64,000 nt of DNA, taken from NCBI GenBank assembly GCA_951406725.2, contig OX597821.1, positions 74,276,001 through 74,340,000 on the forward strand. Direction: 5' to 3'. Source of the DNA: Octopus vulgaris (taxonomy: Eukaryota). The translations under genes and the position numbers were made by a program. This document shows, piece by piece, positions 26,930-41,452 of the stretch (its first letter is position 1; each line of letters opens with the position of its first letter). The notes below the pieces were generated by a model. The model had not been told where the DNA came from and did no database searches. It saw nothing but the letters and a program-made list of their open reading frames with translations.

Positions 26930-27065
26930 GTTTGAAATTTTGCGATAAAGACACCCACTTTGGGGGAGGGGATGAGTCGTTTCCACCGACCCTAGTGTTC
27001 GACTGAAACTTATTTTATTGACTCCGAAAGGATGAAAGGCAAAGTCAACTTCGGTGGAAATTGGA
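26930..27065 (-). mobile_element. Degenerate SINE family B fragment
   Basis: ccgaaaggatgaaaggcaaagtcaacttcggtggaa. Confidence 0.7.
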
Positions 27066-27108
27066 CATCATCATCATCATCAACAACAACAACAACAATA
27101 ACAACATG

Positions 27109-27232
27109 TCTGGTGGAATATTGCCTCCGTTGTCCAAATGAAGCTACAATTAATTCAAACGGATTTCATATTCGGAAATCCGTTAATTGAATGGTAGCTT
27201 TTCCTGGACAATAGACGCAATATGTCACCAGA
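27109..27232. repeat. Imperfect ~124-bp palindrome (MITE-like or hairpin RNA)
   Basis: tctggtggaatattgcctccgttgtcca...aacggatttc / 7-nt loop / gaaatccgtt...tggacaatagacgcaatatgtcaccaga. Confidence 0.75.
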
Positions 27233-28009
27233 TTTAACACAATAACATGTTCCTTGGGTGACTTTAGCCAGAACAAGTTTGGTATAAGCATTCGAAATTT
27301 GGTTGAGGGATAGGTCGAGATCTTGATGTCCTACTTTCTAATGTAGAACACCAATATCGGAGACCATTCAATCAATCGCAGAGAAAACTATAAATATAGT
27401 CCAGATGTAAACTTAAGCCAACGATCATTGATATTGTCCACGAGGTATCATCAACAATCAACCAAATGCAATAAAAATCAACTAAGCAGTACGACGATGA
27501 GGTTAATTTTATAGAAAATGTTAAGGAAACAAAAATTAAAACTTTTCAATGATTCGGTCTGCAGTGCTTCGTCAAGAAAGAAATGAACAGAAGAAAATGG
27601 CGACGAACAAAGAGGAACGAAACAAAACGTTTCGTATAAACAATGTTCTTACAATAAATATTGCATTTTGAAAGAACTGAAGACGCAAGAGTTTAGAAGA
27701 GAAGGTTGTTTCTTGGCAGAGTCATTCTTTTTGTCACGTGTAGTAACAGACAAGAGTTTTGAGTGAGTTATATATATGTTTTATCGAGTCAACAGGGGTC
27801 AGTTGCAAGAACAAGCTCACTATGTGTGTGTGTGTTTGTAATCCCAAAATGGCTGCTATCCAATAGCTAAAACCTGTGAAGGAATAAAAGAATAAAATAA
27901 TGGATATCTATTAGCCAAATTAATTGATTCTAGGAAGCTCAGATTCTGTTTTTCTCCGTGGATCTGAAGGAAGGCGTAGATCCCGTGGCTTTCGTAAGAC
28001 ACCGAAAAC

Positions 28010-28375
28010 TGATGAGATTCATGTCATTCATATCCTCCTGAAAAGTTTGCAAGTCGACAAGTGCGTGAACGATGTGAGCAGAGAAGAAATTGCAGATTAG
28101 CCAGGTGTGGAAAAGGAAGAACTGGCTTTAGAGATGACAATGGAATCTGAGATGTGGGATACAGTAAGAAAAATGAGAGACCAATAGGTTCCAAGAGGGA
28201 GGTAGCAAGAACCTAAAAGGCTGGGTGTTCGGCATAAAGTATTTGAATAATTTTAGACCAATCAGTTTGGTGGCACTTTTCTGGATGCAGTCATCGATGT
28301 CTTTGCATGAGTCATCGGCACTGTCCCAGATGTGAGACCAATTTTCTGTTGTGGGCCTCATCTGCATAAGATGTG
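28010..28375 (-). pseudogene. 3' end of a CR1/Jockey-group LINE ORF2 (decayed)
   Basis: QMRPTTENWSHIWD...DCIQKSATKLIG (cf. QIRPxMEYCSHIW...DRIQKKAxRLIG) and terminal VDLQTFQEDMN (cf. DLQxFKxNIN). Confidence 0.7.
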
Positions 28376-28611
28376 GATGTATGTGTAGGTTTATAGGTTA
28401 GAATACGGGAATACTTGAGTATACGTAGGTAAGTGAGCAGCAATTTGTTAGTATCTTTGCACTTGGCGAATGAAATTCTTTTCTCGCAAAAATCATCTGT
28501 CCTCTCTTTCCTTAGAACAACCTTCCATGTTACTCGCGTTTCTTTCGTTTTCCTTATTATGCTAATTTTCTTGTTTTTGTATGTAAGAATATATATATAT
28601 ATTCTTGCTTT

Positions 28612-28652
<41 letters not shown>

Positions 28653-29229
28653 CCTGGAAGATTTTGGATAGCAAAAAAGCTCTGCCTTCATATGGAACAT
28701 ATTTACATATTGGCAAAATTGAGTAGGTTGGGAGTTATAATAAAACAGATAGGCGAAACCAAATCTAACATTCTACTGATTACAGACATCCCCCCACAAC
28801 CACCACCACCACCACCACCACCACCACACATCCCTGCAACCTTGCACTAATTTAACGATATTGACAATTATAGATGATTTCGTAGGAATTGATTTTTTTT
28901 TTCTCTACCGGCAAGCGGACAGTCGGTGCATTTCATATTATTTTATAATTTAAAGTTGTTTTTTTTTTTCTCGAATAAGAAGAGAAAAGTTCATACATTC
29001 GCATAAAAAATAAATAAATTACGATACAGATAAACAGATCTATTCTGTTTTGTATTTTTTTTTTCGAAATGTGTTGGTAGAATTTGAATAAACCAGGTTA
29101 TAATGCTTTCTTTTTCTTCAACTGTGTTGTAAGTTATTTATTTATTAATAAATAACTAAATAGATAAATAAATCAAGTTTAAAAAATAAATGCAAGATAT
29201 GTGTATATAGATACATTTATACAAACACT

Positions 29230-29262
<33 letters not shown>

Positions 29263-29604
29263 GTGAAAGTCTGGGTTTTAACTGCATGGATGCAAGTGAA
29301 CACAACACTATTCCATTGCTGTCTTTGTGTTCATGTGTGTGTAGAGGGGAGGGGTTTCTTTATAATCATATTCATAGAAGATTTTTATACATATCAAGAT
29401 TTCTCCATTGGGCATACATCTTATTTTCAGAATACATTCATTCATTCATATATACATACACATACATACATATATTGTTTTATCCTTCTATTTGTTTCAG
29501 TTGTTTGCGGCCATGCTGGAGCAGCGGCGATACATATATACATATATATATATAAACATATATATATATATATATATACATACATACATACATACATACA
29601 TACA

Positions 29605-29640
<36 letters not shown>

Positions 29641-29645
29641 TATAT

Positions 29646-29691
<46 letters not shown>

Positions 29692-29694
<3 letters not shown>

Positions 29695-29855
29695 CACAGG
29701 AGTGGCTGTGTGGAAAGTAGCTTGGTTACCAACCACTTGGTTCCGGGTTCAGTCCGACTGCGTGGCACCTTGGCCAAGTGTCTTCTACTATAATCTCCAG
29801 CCGACCAAAGCCTTGTGAGTGGATATGGGAGACGGAAACTGAAAGAAGCTCGTCG

Positions 29856-29860
<5 letters not shown>
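29692..29860 (+). mobile_element. SINE family A, 5' half
   Basis: ggcacaggagtggctgtgtgg...gacggaaactgaaagaagctcgtcg. Confidence 0.88.
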
Positions 29861-29929
<69 letters not shown>

Positions 29930-30659
29930 TGTGTGTGAGTGTGTGTGTGTGTTTGTGTGTGTAGCTGCTAATGCGCTATGTGTCCCATTGTCTATTGTGA
30001 CACTGAAGGAACCCCTCAAAGGTAAGATCTCAGCCAGGTGTTGCGAAATCTGAGTTTGCCAAGATACCAGATAATGCTTCTTTATTATATTTGTTTGTTC
30101 CAATCGTATGTTTGGTGGCTGCTTGAATGCAGAATTTCTGAGAAAATTGTGGAGGTGAATACCAGACCACCTTCGACGTTGCACTCTAGATCAAGTGGTT
30201 TACTCCCTAACCTATGTGCCACAATACCCAGGTGAGACTTATGAAAAGACGAGAATTTTCAAGTTAAAATAAACATCTACAGCATGTAGACTTCCAGAGG
30301 TGACAATGCTCGTGTCTGGCAACCTCGTCTCTCTCTGTAGGCAGTGGATAGTGACCAACACAAACACACACACACAATTAAGCACACACATATACACAAA
30401 CAGTCATGTCTTTAGACATACAGCCTTCAGCACTCAGTAATCCAGATCTCTCAGTTAGTTATACCCAGAGGTTTTGAAGCTGTTTTAATAAAAGTCAAGT
30501 GCTGTTTCACCGAAGAAATTCAATCAATCATAAAACCAGGACAGTATTGTCCAGCAACACGATTCTTGCAAGATCTCTGTTCAAACTGCTACAGCCCTCA
30601 AGTTAATCTGCCAACCACACTACATTTAATCTTTCTGATTCCTTTCAAAAAGAAAGAAA

Positions 30660-31010
30660 ATACACTTGGTTCTTTCAAATCAGCAAGACCACAAGATCAT
30701 CGACCCTAACAATATCTCTCCTATTTCCTTCCATCATTATGCCCCATTATTATCCGTTATATTCAGCAAAAACTCCAATTACTCAATCTTTGCGCTGATC
30801 TTCCCTGATCTTTGGAAACTGTATCCCCCATTCGTAAGAACAAAACAACTCCTGTGGCCCTGCCGTCTATCGTCCTATTACACTCCCAGTAACCTCAAAC
30901 ATACCTCCAAACATTTAAAATCACATTGTCACTTTCTTTCTCACCCTCTCTCACTTAATGATTACCAATACAGTTTTGTAAATCCAGATCCAGTGGTGAC
31001 CTAGTGCCCA
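30660..31010 (+). pseudogene. Decayed LINE reverse transcriptase N-terminal fragment (CR1/L2/Jockey group)
   Basis: DPNNISP...APLLSVIF...IFPDLWK, SPIRK, YRPITL, LNDYQYSF and KSRSSGDL across frameshifts match RT domain 0-2 motifs. Confidence 0.7.
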
Positions 31011-31361
31011 TGGTTCTCTTTTTGGAGGATTTGGAAAAAAAATCATTGCCATCTGTGTAATCACAAAACATTTTGCTTGAGATTTCATACCAATCTCGTA
31101 TCGAAACTGCTCGCATCCGGGCTGGTGAGTCTCTCAAGTCTTGGATTGCAATTTCTATTAACAGTTTTCTCTCTGCAGCTCTATATTTAAGAGATGAGGA
31201 ATTATGTACATTATTTGCATTATTTACATATGCCCACGGGCATATGGCGTAGTCTACTAACACCAAGATTCTAGGCAGTGACCTTAATAATAATAATAAA
31301 AACAACAACAACAACAATAACAACAACAACAACAACAACAACAATAATAATAATAATAATG

Positions 31362-31409
<48 letters not shown>

Positions 31410-31411
<2 letters not shown>

Positions 31412-31812
31412 GCTCAATACCACAGATTTGCTTGTCAGTTGCTTGATCTTAACCAGTTGAGCATGTCTTTTAGTGGCTGACGATATGTGCATCTCTGACC
31501 ACGAACAGAAGTAGTAGGTGAGCATCATAGTCATGTGTTCAGAGGAATTCTTTAGGGTTTGGATAATTCACCTTTGGAAACATTATTTCGTTCGACATCC
31601 TCAAATAACCTTTATTCAAGGACCTTTTGAGCGGGATGGGCTTCTCGACCTGAGGAAAATTCTAACTAAGCCCCACCTGCAAAGTCATGCTCTGTTTATG
31701 AGACCACTATGTCGCGCACATATGGTTGTGATGTATATGCCTGGTGTACCCATATCAAATGGGTAGTCATGATGGTTATACTGGGTTTCGTATATTTCAC
31801 CCCAGAATCACT
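31410..31812 (+). mobile_element. (AAT)n-embedded ~0.56-kb non-coding repeat, family E (left-truncated)
   Basis: ctgctcaataccacagatttgcttgtcagtt...gggtagtcatgatgg; co-linear with 32006-32491 and 48177-49265. Confidence 0.85.
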
Positions 31813-31847
31813 AAATAATAATAATAATAATAAAAATAATAATAATG

Positions 31848-31926
<79 letters not shown>

Positions 31927-31928
31927 TG

Positions 31929-32001
<73 letters not shown>

Positions 32002-32005
32002 GGGC

Positions 32006-32491
32006 TACATTGTTTTGTCTTGGTATAAAAGATGGGCTACAGCAAATATTCTGCTCAATACCACAGATTTGCTTATCAGTTGTTTGACCTTAACCAGTTG
32101 AGCATGTCCCTTAGTGGCTGACGATATGTGCATCTCTGATCATGAGCAGAAGTAGTGGGGGAGCATCATAGCCATGTGTTGAGAGGGATTCTTTGGGGTT
32201 TGAATAGTTCACCTCTGGAAACATGGGTGGTTCTTTCAACATCCTTAAACAACCCTTATTCAGGGACCGTTTGAGCGGGATGGGCTACTCAACCTGAAGA
32301 AAATTCTAACTGGGCCCCACCTGCAAGGTCATGTGCTGTTTATCTTGATATGAGATCACCATGTCGCGCACATATGGTTGTGATGCATGTGCCTGGTGTA
32401 CCTTTATCAAACGGGTAGTCATGATGGGTATATTGGGCTTCGTATAATTTAGCCCAGTGTCACTTTGATGGCATGAACTGCTCTCTCACTC
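32006..32491 (+). mobile_element. Family E repeat (left-truncated) ending in ctctcactc(AAT)n
   Basis: High identity to the 31410 and 48177 copies. Confidence 0.88.
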
Positions 32492-32568
<77 letters not shown>

Positions 32569-32706
32569 CATCGAAATATACCTTAGGAATGAGAACTCAG
32601 GTTCGAAATTTCCCCAAGACGCCTAATGAAGGCTGGAGGGTATATCAGTCGAAACGTTGTGTTGACGAGAAACAAGATGAGGGCAAATATCCGTCAAATG
32701 GAAATA

Positions 32707-33093
32707 TGCGCAGTAGTGACTGTGCGGTAAGTAACATGAACCACATGTTTCCGGGTTCAGTCCTGCGTGGCACCTTGGGTGAGTGTCTTGTACTATAGCC
32801 TCGGACCGACCAAAGTCTTGTGAGTGGATTTGGTAGATGGAACCTGAAAGAAGCCCGTCATATATATGTGTGTGTGAGTGTGTTTGGGTGTGTGTGTTTG
32901 TGTGTCCGTGTTAGTCCCCCCACCATGCTGGTGTGTTTACGTCCACATAACTTAGAGGTTCGGCAAAACAGAGACCGATAGAATAAATACTAGGCTTTCA
33001 AAGAGTAAGTCCTGGGGTCGATTCGCTCTACTAAAGGCTGTGCTCCAGCATGGCCGCGGTCAAATGACTGAAACAAGTAAAAGAATAAAAGAA
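32707..33093 (+). mobile_element. SINE family A
   Basis: Head, internal TG tract and tail as in other copies. Confidence 0.88.
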
Positions 33094-34017
33094 TGTAATT
33101 AAAGTTTCTATCAACACCAGGATTCTGTTGTAATTTCTACCCCCTTCAATACACCAACGACTTCATACCATGCTTAACAACGCCTTTCTTAAAAAAAGGA
33201 CACCACCATAAGTGTCCCCTAAACATCCCCAAACGTGTGTCATCCACTCATCGCACGAGTAAATATCACTCCTTCCATAAACCACAAAAATCATTCCCCA
33301 ATGAAGACAGACCAGTCTTGACACGACAGCAAGAATATATCAATGATACATATGTGAACAACAACAGTGTACACATATGTCCTAATCCCGAGTGCTCGTT
33401 CGGCTTTACTCTCACTGAAATGGCATCCTTAACATAACCAGGACCACTTCCACAGAGATTTCAACTTCTCTTTTGGGCCCTAAAATACTTAGACTCTGTC
33501 ATGTCACACGTTGGGATGCCTTCTACTCAACTCTGCTCTCTTCTCTACTCTGCTACTACTCTACTCACTAGTCTACCGACTGCTGCTCAACTGTTCTCCG
33601 GTCTCCTCGACGTCTAGACTTCTCCCACTATATCTACGTATTGGGCTAGTCTACTTCATTGTCTGGGGGCGTCCACACAACAGACTCCAACTCTACAAAG
33701 ATCAGAAGAGACCCAAGACGGAATAGAGATCTCATATGCGTGACGGTGCTACTTCTGCATCACACGGAGACCAGATCGCCTCGTCATGAAGCCACTTCGA
33801 AATATGACATAACCTTTGACACACAAGCTCACTGCCCCTCCTCTCAGTCCGTTCTACTGTTGTTAAGATGGCATTTGCTCACCAGAGTTGGCTGCTTCCA
33901 CAACACATTCAATCAGCCATCCTGAAACCTTACTTTCCTCTTTTAACCATTTTATAGTTTCCATTGACCCTATCTGACCCCAACAGGACATCAGGTACCT
34001 CTATATGTGGAGTTGCT

Positions 34018-34100
34018 AGATCTGACACACCACATCTGGCACACCACATCTGGTACTCCATATCTAGCACTCCATATCTGGCACTACATAAATCTTTACA
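34018..34100. repeat. Degenerate 14-bp tandem repeat (atctggcacaccac-like)
   Basis: atctgacacaccac atctggcacaccac atctggtactccat atctagcactccat atctggcactacat. Confidence 0.85.
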
Positions 34101-34683
34101 CTATGTCACTCACGCATAGAATATGGGTCCTCTCTGCCATCTCCTCCCTTTACGTGTATTCCAAGAAGGGGCTGCTTACCAATTTCGATCAGAGCGGTCC
34201 AGTAGGGTCTGCGATACACATTCGAAATGCGAAACCCTTTAGACACAAGTCAGATATCAGTGCGTTTGCATAAGTGTGTGTGTATTCTGTGCATGTGCAT
34301 TTGGGTGTGTGTTTGTGGAGGGGAGTGAGACTGCATATTTATACACACATACATGTGTGTGCGTGCATCTAACAATCTCTCTTTACGCATATAACATGTG
34401 TTTGGATACATATCATATGTGTGTGTGTGTGTGTGTGTTTGTGTTGTGTCTGTGTGTATTCATGTGCGCGCGCGTGTGTGTATGTGTTTCCATATATGTG
34501 TATGCAATGCCTCTGTGTATCTTTGCGTGTGTGTGCGTATGCGTGCGTGTATGCGTGTTTGTAATATATACATGTTAGTAATTACATGCATTTAAACATG
34601 TATCTGAAACGTAATACAGCCGGAATCATTAATAATGTCAACTTGATATTTCATACATAACGATTCGGGAGCGTATATGTATG

Positions 34684-34748
<65 letters not shown>

Positions 34749-34914
34749 GTGTGTGTGCATATATACATATATATAGATCTATATATAAATATATGTATAA
34801 TATATATAAATTAATGTATATTAATATATATATGCATATATACATATATATATGGGTATACATATACATATATATATATATATAAATATATATATATACA
34901 TACATACATATATA

Positions 34915-34952
<38 letters not shown>

Positions 34953-35079
34953 TATACTTATACATACATATATATATATGTAATTGAACCTCTGCGTGTG
35001 TTATTATTGATATAATGACTTACCCAAGCCATATATATATATATATATATATGTATAAACACATGTTGGTATATATATA

Positions 35080-35110
<31 letters not shown>

Positions 35111-35507
35111 ATATATACATATTGGTATGTACGTAATTAATACATATTTTCCGAATGAGTGCACAACAAAAGAGATTCGAAATGTTCTTCATTGTAAGCT
35201 TATAATCATGTTTTATGTAAACACACTTAATTGCTCCCACACACATATTTATATACACCCAAACAATAACCGACGCGCGTACACACTCATGTCAGAGACA
35301 GAAAAAAAGTGCTCGTTCACATACATTTTATCTTCAAACACAATTCCACCGAATAATTTTATATGAATATATTAATATGATTAATTTTTCGTGTATATTT
35401 ACCTGAGATCATTGAATATATAATATTATAAATATATTAATATATAATTACACATACACAAAAAAAAGTACCCCTTCTATTTGAACATAAATATATATAT
35501 ATATATG

Positions 35508-35542
<35 letters not shown>

Positions 35543-35761
35543 ATATATATATATAAATATATATATATATATGTTTATGTATGTATATATATGTATATAT
35601 ATATATATAAATCTCTCTCTCTATATATATATACATGTATCCATGCCCACTCACAAATACACTCATTGTCACATACATGTATGTATGTATGTATGTATGT
35701 ATGTATGTATATATGTATGTATATATGTATGTATGTATGTGTGTATGTATATATATATATG

Positions 35762-35807
<46 letters not shown>

Positions 35808-36196
35808 TATATATATATATATAAAAAGTAATGATGTTACTGCATTACCCTCTCTGCTAGATTTAAACAATGTAATATATATATATATATACACACACAA
35901 ACACACACACACACACACACATATATCTCTCCGCGCTCATATTTCATTGGTAGATGAATCTACAAGTTCTTGCTTCCGACGAACTTATTGTAGTTATATA
36001 TGTGTGTGTGAGTATGTGTGTGTATGCGTGTGCGTGTACATGTAAAAAGAGAGAGAAAAATAGATATATACACACACAAACACACATATATATATACATA
36101 CATACATATATACAAATATAAATATCGATACATATAGATAATATGTATGTATGTATTATATATATAAATATGTATATATATCTATATCTATTTCTC

Positions 36197-36246
<50 letters not shown>

Positions 36247-36271
36247 AATATATATTGTGTGTGAGTGCGCG

Positions 36272-36324
<53 letters not shown>

Positions 36325-36525
36325 AGAAAGCAAATTCCACTGATGAAATAGTGAAAGCTGGTTCAGTAAAACAAAGAATTATATTGTTCGTTGGTTGCTT
36401 AGACTTAATTAAGGTACTTCGGACGCTGCGCTAATTTTATTCTTGTGTTTTTGATTTTTCGGAATAAAGAGAAAAGAATAAAGGTATGTCGGCAAATGAC
36501 ATTCATACACATATAAATACACGCG

Positions 36526-36574
<49 letters not shown>

Positions 36575-36890
36575 GCACATGCACACACATACACAGATAC
36601 ACACACAGACGGAAGTACCAATTCTGTCTCTCTGTCAGCCTCTCTGTCTTAAACACACACCCAAACATACATGACTGTGTATGAAATATATAATTAAGTA
36701 TATGTCTATTAATATACATGAATACATATATATATGTATGTATATATATATATGTTTATATATATATTTGTGCATATGTATATATATATGTGTCTACATA
36801 TATATATATATATATGTACATATATATATATATATACGTATAAATATATATATGTATATATATATATACATTTATATATTTGTGCATATA

Positions 36891-36939
<49 letters not shown>

Positions 36940-37015
36940 GTATATGTATAAATGTGTGTATATATATATTTGTTCATATATATATATTTATATATATGAA
37001 TATAGATATATATTT

Positions 37016-37069
<54 letters not shown>

Positions 37070-37254
37070 ATGTATGTATATATTCGCCCTTGAAATAAGG
37101 CTGCTGGTATACAAGATGAAGAGAGTGTACATCAAAAACGCTCATATATGTGGGTTAAGATATATACCTAAGTACATACATACAAACATACAATGACCCC
37201 AGAACTACATACATACATACAATGAGCCCAGAACTGCATACATACATACATGCA

Positions 37255-37437
37255 GTGTAGTGGTTCTGGGGTCAGTCCCACTGCGTGACACCTTGGTCGT
37301 CTGTTTTGTAATATAATCTCAGCCGACCAAGGGTTTGCGAAGGGATCGGGCGGAGGAAGACTGAAAGAAGTCCGTTATATTTGCACGTTTGTATATATGT
37401 ATGTGTGTACACCCAATCAAACCCACCCACCCACCCG

Positions 37438-37468
<31 letters not shown>

Positions 37469-37497
37469 GTATGTATATATGTATATATATATATATG

Positions 37498-37560
<63 letters not shown>

Positions 37561-37755
37561 CTTCATGACCGGTGATGGTTTGTTTACGTCACCGTAGATT
37601 AATGGCCTCGTCAAAAGGCACCGATAGAATACGAAACAGGCTTCAAAAGAATAAGCAATTTGTAGATTCGTTTCGATTAAGACCGTAACGGCGATGCTCC
37701 AACATGGCCACAATCCGATTGCAGACTCTATCATGGCCGCAATCCGATTGCAGAT
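37255..37755 (+). mobile_element. Degenerate SINE family A with expanded internal microsatellite and a 29-bp tandem duplication at its end
   Basis: tcagtcccactgcgtgacaccttgg...gactgaaagaagtccgt; catggcc(a/g)caatccgattgcaga twice at 37703-37755. Confidence 0.75.
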
Positions 37756-38586
37756 ACATGTGAAAATTTAAAAAATTCTCTACATCTCAGAACACACACA
37801 GGCACAGACACAGACACCTCCCCACACACACAAACACAAGCAGACACACATACACACACACACACACAATTACACTCTCGCACACACATACGCACGCTCA
37901 TATATATGCATGTATTTTTGAAATCGCGATGTAAAAAAGGGTACGTCGCGTACGCTCACATATATATGCCAAAACATTAACATTCGCTGATTGTCGATGT
38001 ATGTAAATTTACTGAGTTTTCACTGAGATATAAATATTAACAAATATTACAGATTTCATCTCAGACATGATTTGCTGTGCGTATAAATAAATACATGCAT
38101 ATCCATAATGACAAACGACAAACATATATGCAAATGCACGGATATACATTTATATGTATATATGTAAAAGTATGCATGTATGCATATACATGTACATACA
38201 TGCACATATACATATGAATGCTACAAGTATTTCAATTATATTTACATTTGTCCATACAACAATATATATATATATATATGTACATATATATGTGGATATA
38301 TATATATATAATAAATAAATGCATCAGTATATATCGTCGCTATCATTAGTATAAAAGGAATCGTTTCCAAAGGTGTGAATATTCAGGTATTGCTGGAAGC
38401 AGAGTCACTCAGGTGTTGTCCTAACCTTTGGTAATATGTTCCAATGACATTATTGTTACTTTGTTTATGTATATTATATATATATATGTGTGTGTGTGTA
38501 TGTATGTGTGTGTGTGTATGTGTATGTATGTATGTGTGTATGTATGTATGTATGTATGTATGTATGTATGTATGTATGTATGTATG

Positions 38587-38632
<46 letters not shown>

Positions 38633-38736
38633 CATATATAATAATTTTTTGCATAATAAGATAAAAAACCAAGGCTGTGTAGATATTAATATCTACCTGA
38701 CACCTTTGGGTCTCAATGACACCATTACCTTTTATA

Positions 38737-38771
<35 letters not shown>

Positions 38772-39272
38772 ATTTCATTTTTATTCACCACCACGATTTT
38801 CAGAACCGGTGTTGGTGGGTTAAGATACCCCGTAACATAGCGGGTATCAAAAGAGAATTTAGTGGGGTCGTTTTATTTGACTAAAAATACGTCAAGGCGC
38901 TGCTGCAGAATGGCCTCGGTCTAATGACCGGAAGAAGATTAAAATATTATACAAACACACATAAATAAACGCACATATAAATATGAGTTTAAATGTGTGA
39001 GTGTGTATAATATATAGTATATCAACACATGTATATATATATCTATATATTTTCTTTGTGTATAATTTCAGTTACACATTGCTGTTATATGTAACATATT
39101 CACAGATATTCTCCCTCTAGTATCCACACACACACACACACACATACACACACAAAAACACACACGCGTATATTTATGCAACATATATGTTCATATGTAT
39201 TCACACATATATGTATATATATGTGTATGCATATATATATATATATATATGTATATTTTCATGTTTAGATTA

Positions 39273-39379
<107 letters not shown>

Positions 39380-39383
39380 GCAC

Positions 39384-39434
<51 letters not shown>

Positions 39435-39454
39435 GTGTGTGTTTGTATATATAT

Positions 39455-39629
39455 GCAGGAGTGGGAGTGTGGTAAGTAGCTTGCTTGCGAACTACATGCT
39501 TCCGGGATTAGTCCCACTTCGTGACACGTTGGGCAGTGCCTTATGGTGTAGCCTTGGGCCGACCAAAGCTTTGTAGAGTGGATATGATAGACGGAAACCG
39601 AAAGAAGCCCGTCGTACATACATATATGT

Positions 39630-39699
<70 letters not shown>

Positions 39700-39708
39700 A
39701 TATATATA

Positions 39709-39744
<36 letters not shown>

Positions 39745-39975
39745 TGTATGTATGTATGTATTATGTGTGTGTTTGTGTGTCCGTGTATATCTCCCCGACA
39801 TCACTTGAGAATAGGTGCTGGTGTGTTAACGTCTCCGTAACTTAGCAGTTCGGCAAATGGGACCGATATAATAAGTATTGGGCTTACAAAGTATAAGTCC
39901 TGAGGTCGTTTTGCTCAACTAAACGCGCGGTGGCCAAGCATTACCGCAGCCAGATGATTGAAACAAGTAAAAGAA
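39455..39975 (+). mobile_element. SINE family A
   Basis: Co-linear with other copies. Confidence 0.87.
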
Positions 39976-40089
39976 TATATATATATACAAATATATATAT
40001 GTAAGTATACGGTAATATATTGAAGTGCAAATATATACCCTTGTATCACGTATAGTCTTAATTTTCTCTATTCGGTGAACATATTATTT

Positions 40090-40860
40090 ATACATACATA
40101 CATACGTTCACATGTATACATACAAACGCATAGGTTCACGTACACACACATTCATACACACGTACATGCATATATACATACACATACATACATTCATAAA
40201 CACATACATAAATATACATATACATACATTCACACATATATGCACACATAATACATACACATACATACATACATTCACACAGATACATACATACACATAC
40301 ATACGTACATGCATAAATACATACATGCACACCTGCATACACACACACACCTTCATACATATATACACATACATGCATTCATACACACATACGCGTGCAT
40401 ACATAAATACATACACATACATAAATACATACACATACGCGTGCATACATAAATACATACACATACATACATATAAATACACATATAAATACATACACAC
40501 ACATACATATATACATACATGTATATAAACATACATACATACACACAAACAGAAACAAACATATATACACACATACTTACATAAATATACACACATGTAT
40601 ACATCCATATGCACATAAACACAGACACATGCATACATACATATATACTCACCTGCATATATACACATCCACCCATCCATCTATACATACATACATATGT
40701 ATATACATACATACATATATATACACACCAGCATACATGCACATACATGCATATATGCATGCATACATACATTTATACACACATACATACACACATACAT
40801 ACATATATTCATACATACAGGCATATATATGTACATCTATGTGTGCTTGTGTGTATATAA
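40090..40860. repeat. Long degenerate (CATA/CA/TA)n low-complexity tract
   Basis: Directly visible. Confidence 0.9.
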
Positions 40861-40864
40861 GTAT

Positions 40865-41070
40865 ATTTTATTTATCTTTTACTTCTTTCAGGCAGTAGAT
40901 TACGGTCATGCTGAGGCACCGCCATGAAGAATTCGCCGTCCAGTGAATCGAACCCTTTGTAAAGTCTGCTACTAGTTTAACGGCTTCTTTTGCCGGACCT
41001 CTAAGTTACGGGGACATAAATGTACCATCACTGGTTGCCAGATAATGGTAGATAACAAAGGCACACACAC
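40865..41070 (-). mobile_element. SINE family A, 3' half
   Basis: ctaagttacggggacataaa...ggttgccag; reverse complement of family tail. Confidence 0.75.
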
Positions 41071-41153
41071 ACAGAAGCAGACACACGCACGCACACATAT
41101 GCACACACACATACACACACACACACTCACACACACACACACACGCACACACG

Positions 41154-41208
<55 letters not shown>

Positions 41209-41240
41209 AAGGGTGAAAAGGAACACACGAGTTGATATAT

Positions 41241-41452
41241 ATGCACAGATCCCAGATAAAAATTCCCCAAAGCAGAAAAATAGCTTTTAGCCAACACATA
41301 GATACTTGCGCCAACAAAAAACCACCAAACTTCAGAATTTCCCCCTCTACCAATTTAGGGACGATACAACCTCGAGACAAAGAATAAGTAAAGAAAATCT
41401 CTTTATTACAAAATACAAGCCACTTCTTAACGAGTCTACGACAAACAATTAA
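41241..41452 (+). pseudogene. Penelope-like GIY-YIG endonuclease C-terminal fragment; putative 3' UTR/pLTR continues to ~42290
   Basis: HRSQIKIPQSRKIAFSQHIDTCANKKPPNFRI / (frameshift) YQFRDDTTSRQRISKENLFITKYKPLLN; the R..KE..FI....P.LN ending is typical of PLE GIY-YIG domains. Confidence 0.8.

Larger units (their letters stand above)
31176..32706 (+). mobile_element. Second copy of the tRNA-head/(AAT)n/hammerhead element, with short 5' inversion and two nested insertions
   Basis: 31176-31226 is the inverted 3' end; hairpin catatgccc-ac-gggcatatg at 31227-31246; deleted tRNA-like head to 31285; body 32568-32706 matches 54966-55105. Confidence 0.72.

Noticed and set aside
34018-34100. Short repeats considered as CRISPR-like
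   Set aside because: Contiguous tandem units without unique spacers, eukaryotic context and no cas genes
33100-34270. C-rich stretch resembling a PLE 3' region
   Set aside because: No recognisable peptide motif or HHR; only the 14-bp tandem repeat was kept
36337-36370. ccaCTGATGAaatagtGAAAgctggtt hammerhead-like string
   Set aside because: No stem II and no stem I pairing; may be a relic but cannot be supported
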